From a virus (lineage: Duplodnaviria > Caudoviricetes), in the IMG/VR virus record IMGVR_UViG_3300042945_002100, positions 1-53,246 of that record: 53,246 bases of DNA; one strand, 5' to 3'. The translations under genes were made by a program, and so were the position numbers. Positions within the stretch are counted from its first letter, which is position 1. Each line of letters starts with the position of its first letter. Of this stretch, positions 43,536-52,653 are shown piece after piece. A model generated the notes under the pieces. That model was not told the DNA's origin, did not search any database, and saw only the letters and a list, made by a program, of their open reading frames with translations.

Positions 43536-45107
43536 TTACTTTTCGCCCTTGCCTCCCGATGGTTTCTCAAAGGAGAGAGATGAAGTAGACTTGGAACGAT
43601 TGTCGTAATTTCCGACCATGTTTGTGTTGTACAGTCTTATGCCTGTATCTCCACGAACAGTGCAAGTTGAATCCTCAAAATTTATGCCTCCTTCAATAGT
43701 TGCACTTGCTCCTGAACCAGAAATTGCACCGAAAATCCAATTGTCGGCTTGAGGGGCATATCGCAAATCAAGCACGGAATTTTCGGCCATGGCAAGATTT
43801 CGTATCGTAAATGTACTGTCGCCATTGACATTTTCCATCGCACGAATCGTGGTGCCTTCGACATACATGTTGTCGATTGTGGAGTCACCGAAGAATTCAA
43901 TGATCCAAGGTCGTTGAGAGTTACCGCTTGAGGAGGAGAAAGGACCAATTTCATTGAACACTGTGAAGTTGGGAGCGGTGAATGTTGCGCCTGCATCGGG
44001 CAACCCTACGAGAATTGTAGGACTGTAATCATAATTGTCATTTCCTGGACTTGTCGTATATTGATCATAAAGATATACGCCTGAAGAGAATGCCTGTCCC
44101 GTTACGCTTGGTAAAAATCCAAGTGCATTTTCGACTTGTGTGCCGTTTATTGTACAGGATAGAGTAATCTCTCTTCCGTCAAATCCCGATTGTCTGCGAG
44201 ACAGATAATAGGGGTTTGGACCAGCAGGGACAACAAATGAACCGATGGTTGAATTGCGATCTATGTTGATGTCGCTGTTGAGCGTGGTGACGGTTTGCGC
44301 GGTGATACCATTCAAATTGACTCTGTATGGTCTTGCGGTTGCCAAATTGAATCCGGACAATCCCGATTCGATGGTAATACTTCGGAATCCACCACCATTG
44401 ATGGTGACATTTCCAAGACCACGATCACTTGCATTTGGACCAGTTCCTATGTTCGAATTCAGGAGCAGCGAGGTCAATGTTGCGGCGGTCAGACCGATAT
44501 TGGTGTTTCTTGATTGAACCGTGTTGAGATTCACAACACTGTAATTGGGGACGGAATTAAAGTCAATTCCACCAATTTCAAAGGAATCGCTTATTCTGCC
44601 GGTTGTATGAATCAACAAAGTTCCAGAGACTTTCAGAGTAAGCCCACGGTTTACATGCCCTGCGGTCGCACCGGTAATTTCCGATGCATCAAGACCAAGC
44701 ACATTGACACAGTAGTTGTAGATTTCGCCGGTTATTCCTCCACCGAAATAGGCGAACGGATATCCTGCATTATGCATGTATACGGTGGCAGATCTGAGGC
44801 TCGATGATTGAGTCGTTCCTGTCCCTCCGAGCGTATTTCCCGCGATACCGTTTCTCCACTCACCGAGTGCAACAGAACCCGAGTATCCACCATACAAGCA
44901 TGGAGATTGTGCGGTGAATCCTTGTCCTCCAAAACCTCTTCCAAAATAAACAAAGTCATCACGACCAGGAGCGGTAGCAGACACGGCCCAATTTGCCTGT
45001 GAGGTTCCCCATCTAGCGATACGCCAGTTGGATGGGCTATTGAAATCGAATCTGCTAATTCCGGCAGAAGTTGGGCCTCCCTGCCAGTAGTAATAAGCGT
45101 TGGGCAT
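43536..45107 (-). CDS. Gly/Ser/Thr-rich beta-solenoid-like putative virion protein
   Basis: CTAAATA at 45141-45147 and AAGGAG RBS; YYWQGG..FNSPSNW..APGRDDFVYF. Confidence 0.7.
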   Translation of the reverse strand: MPNAYYYWQGGPTSAGISRFDFNSPSNWRIARWGTSQANWAVSATAPGRDDFVYFGRGFGGQGFTAQSPCLYGGYSGSVALGEWRNGIAGNTLGGTGTTQSSSLRSATVYMHNAGYPFAYFGGGITGEIYNYCVNVLGLDASEITGATAGHVNRGLTLKVSGTLLIHTTGRISDSFEIGGIDFNSVPNYSVVNLNTVQSRNTNIGLTAATLTSLLLNSNIGTGPNASDRGLGNVTINGGGFRSITIESGLSGFNLATARPYRVNLNGITAQTVTTLNSDINIDRNSTIGSFVVPAGPNPYYLSRRQSGFDGREITLSCTINGTQVENALGFLPSVTGQAFSSGVYLYDQYTTSPGNDNYDYSPTILVGLPDAGATFTAPNFTVFNEIGPFSSSSGNSQRPWIIEFFGDSTIDNMYVEGTTIRAMENVNGDSTFTIRNLAMAENSVLDLRYAPQADNWIFGAISGSGASATIEGGINFEDSTCTVRGDTGIRLYNTNMVGNYDNRSKSTSSLSFEKPSGGKGEK

Positions 45108-45255
45108 TGGATCTCCTTCAGAGTGGGTTCAAACCTCACCTATTTAGCAAATTTGGATATTGAATCATGATTGTGATGAAAGATATAAAAATGAAAAAAC
45201 ATAGATATTGTACCGTTTTCTTCGGAATGTAACGCATCACGCAGGAGAACCAAGA

Positions 45256-46563
45256 ATGGCAATCTATCAATGGGTAGGTGGACATACAGGCTACACTGGT
45301 CCTGGTAGTGGATATGATATTGGATCAGAACTTTGGGTTCACCCAATCAGCGGAGCCGTGTCGGCATCAGGTGATTCTTATTTTGGACCATATTGGTGGG
45401 GGAATGTCAAAAATTGGAAACAAGTGATTTCTCCCACGGGTCAATATGGACTCTTTTCGTATGTCAATGCATCGACCCTTCCTAGAGGTGGAGATACCGT
45501 GTGGTTCAAGGGAGGATATAGCGGTACTTCGGGCAGTGTCAATACATACGCGGTGTCCTGCAAATATGGAGGAATGTCAGGCGATGGTGTGACTGCGTCA
45601 GGATTGACTTCTTGGGCAGGAGGATGGACCTCTTCAACCGATAGATTCAATCCGATTACATTTCTTCTTGAGGATACATTCAAACCGCAATCCCATCCAC
45701 ATGGTCTTGAAACTGGAGAAATAGGAGTTGGTGCTAATTTTGTGGGAGATTTTAGTTCATTTAACCCGCTGAATGTAAGAGTAAAGACATTCTCAATCAG
45801 GGATACAAGTTCATCTGAATCAAATGCCGTGAAAATTGCATTGAACAATGTTGCCTCTGGTGCAACTTCAGATTACGGGATCATGAACATAAATCAAGGC
45901 GGATGGTACATCAGTCCTTTTGATTATGGAGTGGTGTTCCTTAGAGGACAATGGGAAGAAATTTCTCAATATAGTGGAAGCGTGTTTACAGAGACAACGA
46001 CAAATAATAACGGTGGAAGATGGTCTATTTACTCATACCCCGTTAGATTTTCAAGTTCAAAAAATTCAAATTTTGGAACTTTCACGGTTCAGCCTATTTC
46101 CTTACGAGATGGTGGTTATATTTGGGGATCGGCGGGGTCCGCTCCAAATATAAGAATATTTGGATGGGGATCAACAAGTGGTTCTTCTACTTCGACTGTC
46201 ACTGTCGGAAATCTTGGCGATGGCGGAAGTTCAAGCATTACTTTGCTCGAAATGTATCCTGGAGCATCATTTGGTCCAACGGTGAAATTCGGTTCTTGCA
46301 TTATCGATTCGCTTAATTGCGTTAGTGGAAACATTCAGGTAAGTGAACTTGCAACACGCAATAACAGTGTCGTGATTCGCGACGGAAGAATCAGACAAGG
46401 AACCATTGATATGGCACATCCATTTGATCCAACTTGGCAACAATTCATACTAGGATATAGCCCTTCGGATGAGGGATTTAGAATAGATGACAATTCGGTG
46501 GTTATCAAAGGATATCCAGGAGTCAACTTGAAGACTGCAACACCCGAAACACCGAACTCTTGA
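45256..46563 (+). CDS. Paralog of 43536..45107, putative virion protein
   Basis: AGGAG RBS; YQWVGG..WGNVKNW..LPRGGDTVWF..CKYGGMSG. Confidence 0.7.
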   Translation: MAIYQWVGGHTGYTGPGSGYDIGSELWVHPISGAVSASGDSYFGPYWWGNVKNWKQVISPTGQYGLFSYVNASTLPRGGDTVWFKGGYSGTSGSVNTYAVSCKYGGMSGDGVTASGLTSWAGGWTSSTDRFNPITFLLEDTFKPQSHPHGLETGEIGVGANFVGDFSSFNPLNVRVKTFSIRDTSSSESNAVKIALNNVASGATSDYGIMNINQGGWYISPFDYGVVFLRGQWEEISQYSGSVFTETTTNNNGGRWSIYSYPVRFSSSKNSNFGTFTVQPISLRDGGYIWGSAGSAPNIRIFGWGSTSGSSTSTVTVGNLGDGGSSSITLLEMYPGASFGPTVKFGSCIIDSLNCVSGNIQVSELATRNNSVVIRDGRIRQGTIDMAHPFDPTWQQFILGYSPSDEGFRIDDNSVVIKGYPGVNLKTATPETPNS

Positions 46564-46585
46564 TCAAATAAAAATCAACGAAACA

Positions 46586-46614
46586 AAGGGAGCCGAAAGG
46601 CTCCCTTATTCTTT
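46586..46614. terminator. Bidirectional terminator between convergent genes
   Basis: AAGGGAGCC-GAAA-GGCTCCCTT hairpin. Confidence 0.85.
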
Positions 46615-46624
46615 GGTATTGTGT

Positions 46625-47146
46625 TTAAAATTGAAGAGGTTTGCGCGTGATTTCGGTGATCTTGGCTATTTGTTTGTTTATGGCTTCGGTGCGATTCGAC
46701 CACTTGATGTATTCCTTTTCGGGGTTTTTGAGAAGATTGTACAGAAGCGGCAGTATCAGACTTTCAACATCCTTCATTTTTTCCGAATGCTTTGCTGAAA
46801 TTTCTGCTTTTCTTTCTTCAACTTCGTCAATGATGGCGCGAATGTTGCCCTCGGCTCCTGAAAGGCTGTCGGAAAGTTCTTTGATCTCCATCGAAAGCAC
46901 TTTGTCTATCTTTTCCTCAACACGGGCAATTTCTGCCTTTCTTGCTACATCTGCGGGAATCGTGACATTGGGAATTGTGGTGGGAATTCTGGAGATTCTT
47001 GTGAGTATTTCATTTAACTTGGCCTCCACTCCCGTCATGTCAGTCGAAGCAACGGCAGGAACGCTTGGTTGTGGAGGAGCATCGACCAGTTCAAACCCGA
47101 AGTCTTGGTCTGCGAATGGGTTGCTTGGATCAAATGTGTCTGGCAT
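46625..47146 (-). CDS. Coiled-coil hypothetical protein
   Basis: DFGFELVD..LILPLLYNLLKNPEKEYIKWSNR; TGATG coupling. Confidence 0.7.
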   Translation of the reverse strand: MPDTFDPSNPFADQDFGFELVDAPPQPSVPAVASTDMTGVEAKLNEILTRISRIPTTIPNVTIPADVARKAEIARVEEKIDKVLSMEIKELSDSLSGAEGNIRAIIDEVEERKAEISAKHSEKMKDVESLILPLLYNLLKNPEKEYIKWSNRTEAINKQIAKITEITRKPLQF

Positions 47147-48546
47147 CAGGTTCCTTGGAATGGTTTCTTGGGATCGTACACCTTCTTGTCCATCATGAAG
47201 CCGCTGTAGAGAATGTTGTATGCTGCCTTGCTCTTGGTTGCATAGCCACCAGGCTTGAACTTTGCTGTTGCCTTGTTGAATTCCTGAGAAGTTGGAACCT
47301 TTCCGCCAGCCATCTTTCTTCTGTACTCTTCCATCGATTGCTTCAACTCATCCGCAAACAAAACGATGCGGGTCAGAAGTTTCTTTCGATTCTTCGGGTC
47401 TTCGAATGAAAAGAGGCTTGTGCTGAAGGAATGCCATGAAACCATTGCAAGGCAGAACAGCGGAAGTCCCTTCAGCCCCGTCTGTGCAGGGGGAATGCCA
47501 AGCATCTTCATTATGTGTTCGGGAATCCATGGTTCTGCAAGTGCATCATCGATCTTCCTGTACAACTCATCAATGACCGCATCACCGACCAACTTGGCTT
47601 TTGTCTGCGCGACCTGTGCATTGAACTTCGGGATCATCATCCCGTTCTTCGATATCGCCGCAGCCGCTGCACGATTCGTGGTTGCTGCAATCAGGAACGA
47701 TTGAACCGCATCCTCAATCTCCGATGCCGCACCTTGGAAATATGAATTCATCTCCGCATCGCTTGTGTAGTACTTTCGCTTGAACGGATCGGAACTGTCA
47801 CCGGATGCTTTTATGCCAGCGGCAATGTTGCCAGGTCTATCACTATCAGACTTGTACCGCATGTCATCAAGGAAGTGAATGTATTCATGAACGAATATTT
47901 CACGCTTGGCTGCGAGTTCCGTGTTGAATTCAGACAGCCACTTGTTGATCGGACGAATGATTGCATTCGGTGACTTTCCCTGCGCCCTCAACTTGACAAC
48001 TTCCGTGAATGCCTTTCCGAGAGGCTTGTCCGAATCCGCATAAAGAGTCGCAAAGTGGTTGATGTTGATCTCAAAACTCGCATCCTTGCGTCCTGTCTTG
48101 TATGTTCCGCCCCATGATTCCCCACCATAAGGAGAACGAAGAACGATGTCCATGAGACCGATTGAATTCTTGAGATATTTCTGAAAGTCCTTGAACTTGA
48201 TGTGCGGTGGGAAGAACATCTCTCCCTTGTCATGGACGCTGTAACGAAGGGATGCCGATCTGCCGTAGACAGAGGCGTTCATCCTCACTTTGCTGCCGCT
48301 TTGAAACGAGCCGATGGTCATCAACGAGTGAAAGAACTCAGACAATTCACGCCGGTATTGATCGGGGTCTTTCGGATCCAATGTCGGAACGGGGCGATCC
48401 TTCATCATGAAGAAATAGTTGTCCACTCCCTTGCCGATGATCTGCATGATCGTCTTCTGCATGCGATCAAATGTCTTACCCGCCGCTTCACGCATGGAGC
48501 GGTCGAATTCCCGTTCAAGAAGGAGCCATGAATTGAATGACTTCAT
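47146..48546 (-). CDS. Zincin-like metallopeptidase domain protein
   Basis: IFVHEYIHFLD with downstream YYTSDAEMNSY. Confidence 0.65.
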   Translation of the reverse strand: MKSFNSWLLLEREFDRSMREAAGKTFDRMQKTIMQIIGKGVDNYFFMMKDRPVPTLDPKDPDQYRRELSEFFHSLMTIGSFQSGSKVRMNASVYGRSASLRYSVHDKGEMFFPPHIKFKDFQKYLKNSIGLMDIVLRSPYGGESWGGTYKTGRKDASFEININHFATLYADSDKPLGKAFTEVVKLRAQGKSPNAIIRPINKWLSEFNTELAAKREIFVHEYIHFLDDMRYKSDSDRPGNIAAGIKASGDSSDPFKRKYYTSDAEMNSYFQGAASEIEDAVQSFLIAATTNRAAAAAISKNGMMIPKFNAQVAQTKAKLVGDAVIDELYRKIDDALAEPWIPEHIMKMLGIPPAQTGLKGLPLFCLAMVSWHSFSTSLFSFEDPKNRKKLLTRIVLFADELKQSMEEYRRKMAGGKVPTSQEFNKATAKFKPGGYATKSKAAYNILYSGFMMDKKVYDPKKPFQGT

Positions 48547-48559
48547 ATTGCCCCCTCTC

Positions 48560-50146
48560 TCATCCCTTGATGGGCACGAACCCTATCCATGATGTCTCGC
48601 GGCGAGGATCATGCACTGGATTCTTGCCAGGATCAACCGCTATTCTCTGCGCCGAACCTTCCAACTTTCTCGCAAAGAAGCGAACGCTGCCATCTGTCAC
48701 GAATTTTTCGTTGTCCAGACTGAGTTGCCAACCCTCCGAACCCTTGTAATCGGAGGTATCGACATTGATGCCTTGGCTCACGATCACGCAAAATGCATGA
48801 GGAACATATTGCGCGAATTTTTTCCATTGCTTTGGATTCAGGTACGCGGCGGCATTTTGATCGATGACCGCCTTCACGCCCACGCCAGGCAAGGAGAATC
48901 CCGACGAGAACTTCTTCTGTATTGCAAGAATTGCTTTCTCAAGGTCTGCCATTTCATCTTTCGAAAGAGTCCCCTTGTTGTAACCGGTGAGTACGCATAT
49001 CTTTCTCTTGAGATCGGCAGGATTGCCGATCACGGAACCCAACTTCAGAACATCATTTATCATGAACGGGAATATGGTGTTTGCGCCTATTCCAAGCGGG
49101 CTGCTTTGCGCTCGAAAATGCTTCAACAGAAGCGCAAGGAACCGATTGCTTATTCCCTTGAATGAATCATCCTTGTATTTCTTAGCCATCGCAAATGTCT
49201 TTGGCATGATGCTTCCTCGCGCACCCGCACCTCCCTTCAACTTCGTCTTTGAGGACACAAGAAGGGTTCCTTTTCCTCCAGTCAACAAGACTCCACCGAG
49301 ACAGGAGTCATACGATGCGTTGGTGCTGTCGGTGGGTACGCCAAAGTAATTTGTTTTCGAGAAACCAGGAAACCCGTCAATTGCCTTTCCGCTCCAAACG
49401 ACGAACGGATAGCCGAGTTCCGAAACGAGGTAAATTCCAAACTTACGACGATCAACCTCGTTCATCAAGTTGCCTGTCTTGGCCCAATTGAATGTCGCAC
49501 TCCCGCTTGAGGCAAGTTCATCGAGAAACCTTCCTGTTTCCTTGACCATTCGCGGATCCTTGAGATTGGAGAAATTGCTTGCGGCCATGTTCTGCAATAT
49601 CGTTGACTTCAGGTTCGACAAATTCTTGAACATGAAGTGCTTCACCGTTTCCCCGTTGACCATGACATCTCCCGTTGTCGCTCCTGCTATGAGAACGCTT
49701 GCCGTGAGTCGGGAAAGTTTCGCGCCGGTCGGATCGCTTCGTTGCCATCCGATTGAATCAAGAACCTTGTTCTGCAATGCCTTGGGAGAGGTGTCGGTGG
49801 TTGTTTTCATGGCAAGGTTCGAAGCCTTGCCATTGCTGCCTTTCAACACGATCAGGACAACTCCCTTTGCCTTGCTGTCATCCGTGGTTCCCACGAAATT
49901 CTCGGCGCGTTTGATCAATTTCAGGTATTCGGGGCGTTCGACCCTCTGCAAGGAAGATTTCGACCCTATGCTCTTGGTGGTTGCGATCTTGGGAGCGTTC
50001 GCATCATGTCTTGGTTCGAACAACCACTCCGTGGCGGTCCATGTGGTGCCTGACTTGTCCTCGAACGATATTTTGCCTTCGCGAACCCTGTCTCGGTCTA
50101 TGCCTGTTGCCTCCGAGAGACATGTCCAATTCTTGAAATTATGCAT
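48560..50146 (-). CDS. Large hypothetical protein, possible PD-(D/E)xK nuclease fold
   Basis: CTAAATA at 50177-50183 and GGAG RBS; SELG..VPTDSTNASYDSC..LLVSSK. Confidence 0.55.
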   Translation of the reverse strand: MHNFKNWTCLSEATGIDRDRVREGKISFEDKSGTTWTATEWLFEPRHDANAPKIATTKSIGSKSSLQRVERPEYLKLIKRAENFVGTTDDSKAKGVVLIVLKGSNGKASNLAMKTTTDTSPKALQNKVLDSIGWQRSDPTGAKLSRLTASVLIAGATTGDVMVNGETVKHFMFKNLSNLKSTILQNMAASNFSNLKDPRMVKETGRFLDELASSGSATFNWAKTGNLMNEVDRRKFGIYLVSELGYPFVVWSGKAIDGFPGFSKTNYFGVPTDSTNASYDSCLGGVLLTGGKGTLLVSSKTKLKGGAGARGSIMPKTFAMAKKYKDDSFKGISNRFLALLLKHFRAQSSPLGIGANTIFPFMINDVLKLGSVIGNPADLKRKICVLTGYNKGTLSKDEMADLEKAILAIQKKFSSGFSLPGVGVKAVIDQNAAAYLNPKQWKKFAQYVPHAFCVIVSQGINVDTSDYKGSEGWQLSLDNEKFVTDGSVRFFARKLEGSAQRIAVDPGKNPVHDPRRETSWIGFVPIKG

Positions 50147-50179
50147 TCGTGATCTCCGATTCCAGGGCGACTTCGATAT

Positions 50180-50911
50180 TTAGGATTCGGATGCTTCGTT
50201 GAATTGATGCCATTGAAGATCGATTTCCGCAGCGACTTTCGCGGCAATCTGACCCGCCTCAAGATCGGAGTGATAGTGAAGACCGGCAATCATGCGACTC
50301 TCTCCGACTTTTAGTGCCAATTTTTCAAGTTCTGCCTTGTGTTCAGGATGCCGACTTCCAATGTCATTTGCGATGATCCATGCATCATAGGAATGTCCCG
50401 AGGGATACGAACCGGTTCGTGGTTTGGGAAGAATGACCTTGATTTTCATTCCGATGGATTCGCTCAGGTCATAAGGACGCAGCCTGACATACTGTAATTT
50501 GAGGTATTGAACGAACGAATCACAACGATCAACAAGATTCCAGAAGTAGTTGAATCCGTAGCCCACCCCTGTCATGGAAAAAACCTTGCGGTCCCACCAT
50601 CGATAGTGATCCTTGACATCATCGACCTTGAAGCAGAATTCGATTTGCTTCTTGGAAGCGGCATCCTGCACATACTGTATGCTTTGCAATTCCCTGATGG
50701 TGCGTAGATCGCTGTTTTTGAAAAACGGCGGCAGCAGGGTCTTTCCCTCACCGATCAATCCCTTGCCCCGCAGTTTCATGAAGCGACCAAGGACGGTTGA
50801 CTCATCGAACGAGTCGTGTTGCACTCGCTTGAGATGCTTCTCCTTGGTGTCGGTGCAATAAAGAGAGTCCAGCCATGCGTTGTAGGTCTGCTGATCGATG
50901 AAGTTTTTCAT
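50180..50911 (-). CDS. PAP2/acid phosphatase family protein
   Basis: KLQYVRLRPY, SYPSGHS, SRMIAGLHYHSD. Confidence 0.88.
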   Translation of the reverse strand: MKNFIDQQTYNAWLDSLYCTDTKEKHLKRVQHDSFDESTVLGRFMKLRGKGLIGEGKTLLPPFFKNSDLRTIRELQSIQYVQDAASKKQIEFCFKVDDVKDHYRWWDRKVFSMTGVGYGFNYFWNLVDRCDSFVQYLKLQYVRLRPYDLSESIGMKIKVILPKPRTGSYPSGHSYDAWIIANDIGSRHPEHKAELEKLALKVGESRMIAGLHYHSDLEAGQIAAKVAAEIDLQWHQFNEASES

Positions 50912-50924
50912 GAAATTCCTTGTC

Positions 50925-51206
50925 TCAAAGTTCGCCAGTCACAAGTGCGCCGACCGCAGCACGAAACTTTTTCTCAACCGTCGAATTCGACTCAACGAAT
51001 CGTTGAAATACCTTGTTTCGCTCCAAGTCCACCCATCCGCAGTTCAGGGTATAGGCATCATTGCCATGGTAATCCTTGATGTCGTTTTTCTTGAAGATGC
51101 GCCAGAACACCCATATTGGAATCGTCACGAATTCACGGGTATAGAGATCCTGCGCGAGGAAGACGGTGCTTTCGGAAAGTTCCTGCGAATCTTCGTCTGT
51201 TCCCAT
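50925..51206 (-). CDS. Hypothetical protein
   Basis: ATG 5 nt after ATAAATA (51212-51218). Confidence 0.55.
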   Translation of the reverse strand: MGTDEDSQELSESTVFLAQDLYTREFVTIPIWVFWRIFKKNDIKDYHGNDAYTLNCGWVDLERNKVFQRFVESNSTVEKKFRAAVGALVTGEL

Positions 51207-51218
51207 GGAAGTATTTAT

Positions 51219-51249
51219 GGAAAGAAACGACCACCCCAATGGGGTGGCC
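51219..51249 (-). terminator. Intrinsic terminator
   Basis: CCACCCC-ATT-GGGGTGG hairpin followed by TCGTTTCTTT on the minus strand. Confidence 0.65.
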
Positions 51250-51274
51250 GTGGAAACGGGGATTGAGTGATGGG

Positions 51275-51667
51275 TCAGGGAGTTGAATTCACGAACATGG
51301 CCTGCCGCGACTGCCTTCCCATGAGCGGATGCGGTGCGACTGTCTGGTCTTTGGCGATGATTCTGTATTCCTGCTTGATGAGTAAATCCCAAAGAACCCT
51401 TGCGCTCTTTCGCGTGAAGGACTGCCATCCTCCTGCCGAGGAGATTCGAAGGAAATCAGGAGATGCTGCATCCGCCCATGCATAGATCATGCCGTTTGGA
51501 TTGGCATCTTGCAGGACTTGACCGATCTGAAGGGAAACTAAAATCATGGATTCGGCATGCGGTTCGTGCATCGACTGCGACTGACTATCCCAACCAAAGG
51601 GATCGCAGAAGACGAAACGACATTCCCCGTCCTTGCCCTCAAGGGCATGGTAGCGAGAAGCGGTCAC
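51275..51667 (-). CDS. Hypothetical protein
   Basis: GTGA overlap with the upstream stop. Confidence 0.55.
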   Translation of the reverse strand: MTASRYHALEGKDGECRFVFCDPFGWDSQSQSMHEPHAESMILVSLQIGQVLQDANPNGMIYAWADAASPDFLRISSAGGWQSFTRKSARVLWDLLIKQEYRIIAKDQTVAPHPLMGRQSRQAMFVNSTP

Positions 51668-51888
51668 TTGAGAAACTTCTTTCCGATTGCGGGAATGGCG
51701 AGGATGCCGAACAACGAGGTGATGATCATGGTGGCTTCCCAAAATGACCATCCTTCGTTTCGCAGGAATTGGTATGCTCCAAAGAGCATGGCCTCACCGA
51801 TGAAGACAATCATGCAGTACACGAAAAAGACGGCGATGCCGACGATTGCAAGGTAGGGTTGCAGGGGCTTTTGATTTTCAAACTTCAT
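51664..51888 (-). CDS. Small two-TM membrane protein
   Basis: AAGGA RBS; two hydrophobic helices. Confidence 0.6.
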   Translation of the reverse strand: MKFENQKPLQPYLAIVGIAVFFVYCMIVFIGEAMLFGAYQFLRNEGWSFWEATMIITSLFGILAIPAIGKKFLK

Positions 51889-51899
51889 GAGTTGTTCCT

Positions 51900-52178
51900 T
51901 TACTCGTTTCCAAGACCATAGTCATGGGCATGGTTCGTGGACTGCTGCTTCCAATCGTTCATGTCCGCAAGGATCATGAAAAGAAGTTCGCTCTCGTCAT
52001 CCGAAAGATAGTAACGATTCGGGTCTTCCGTCACTCGCTTCACGGCACGAATGTTGCCGACAAGAGTATCGAATGCCTCTGCATTGCTTCGCCACATTCC
52101 CATGTCGTAAAAATCGGAAATGCTGATCAGGGCATTCGAAAGGTGGATTGTGGAAATGATGTGGTTCTGTTCGTCCAT
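51900..52178 (-). CDS. Hypothetical protein
   Basis: ORF in tandem array. Confidence 0.55.
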   Translation of the reverse strand: MDEQNHIISTIHLSNALISISDFYDMGMWRSNAEAFDTLVGNIRAVKRVTEDPNRYYLSDDESELLFMILADMNDWKQQSTNHAHDYGLGNE

Positions 52179-52182
52179 GTGT

Positions 52183-52653
52183 TCAGCCCCTTGAGCGAGA
52201 GATGGCAAGAAAGGAAACGATCACCGCAACGGCAAAGATGACTCCCGTGCCCGCCGAAGGTACGGGAGGACGGACAGGGCAATCGGGGCAGGGAATCGAA
52301 CCGCCCTCCCCGAAACCCATGGAAACGCTCTCCACCCGATCATGCGAAACGGGAAGGAACATGTCTTGGTTCACGCTCTGCACCGTGGCGACCAAGCGGT
52401 CACCCATGTACAACTTATGAATCCAAAAGCCGTCGAACGAACCCATGAAATACGAATTCGGGACAGTTGGGTAATTCGACACAGTCGGCTCAAGCAACGC
52501 CTCGCTCCTTGGCTCGGTCACGGTAAGGGTGTTGTCGAAAGTGATCGGACTCGCAAACGGAACTCCAAGGTAAGTTGAACCCTGATCGATGGAGGATGCG
52601 AAACGCTGACCATTGGAGGAGTAAGTTGTTGAAATTGAGTATGCAATGCTCAT
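52183..52653 (-). CDS. Protein with PEP-CTERM-like C-terminal sorting signal
   Basis: Ends PPVPSAGTGVIFAVAVIVSFLAISRSRG (motif, TM helix, Arg tail). Confidence 0.6.
   Translation of the reverse strand: MSIAYSISTTYSSNGQRFASSIDQGSTYLGVPFASPITFDNTLTVTEPRSEALLEPTVSNYPTVPNSYFMGSFDGFWIHKLYMGDRLVATVQSVNQDMFLPVSHDRVESVSMGFGEGGSIPCPDCPVRPPVPSAGTGVIFAVAVIVSFLAISRSRG

Noticed and set aside
45108-45255. Invertible promoter switch between the divergent paralogs
   Set aside because: No convincing flanking inverted repeats and no recombinase in the window
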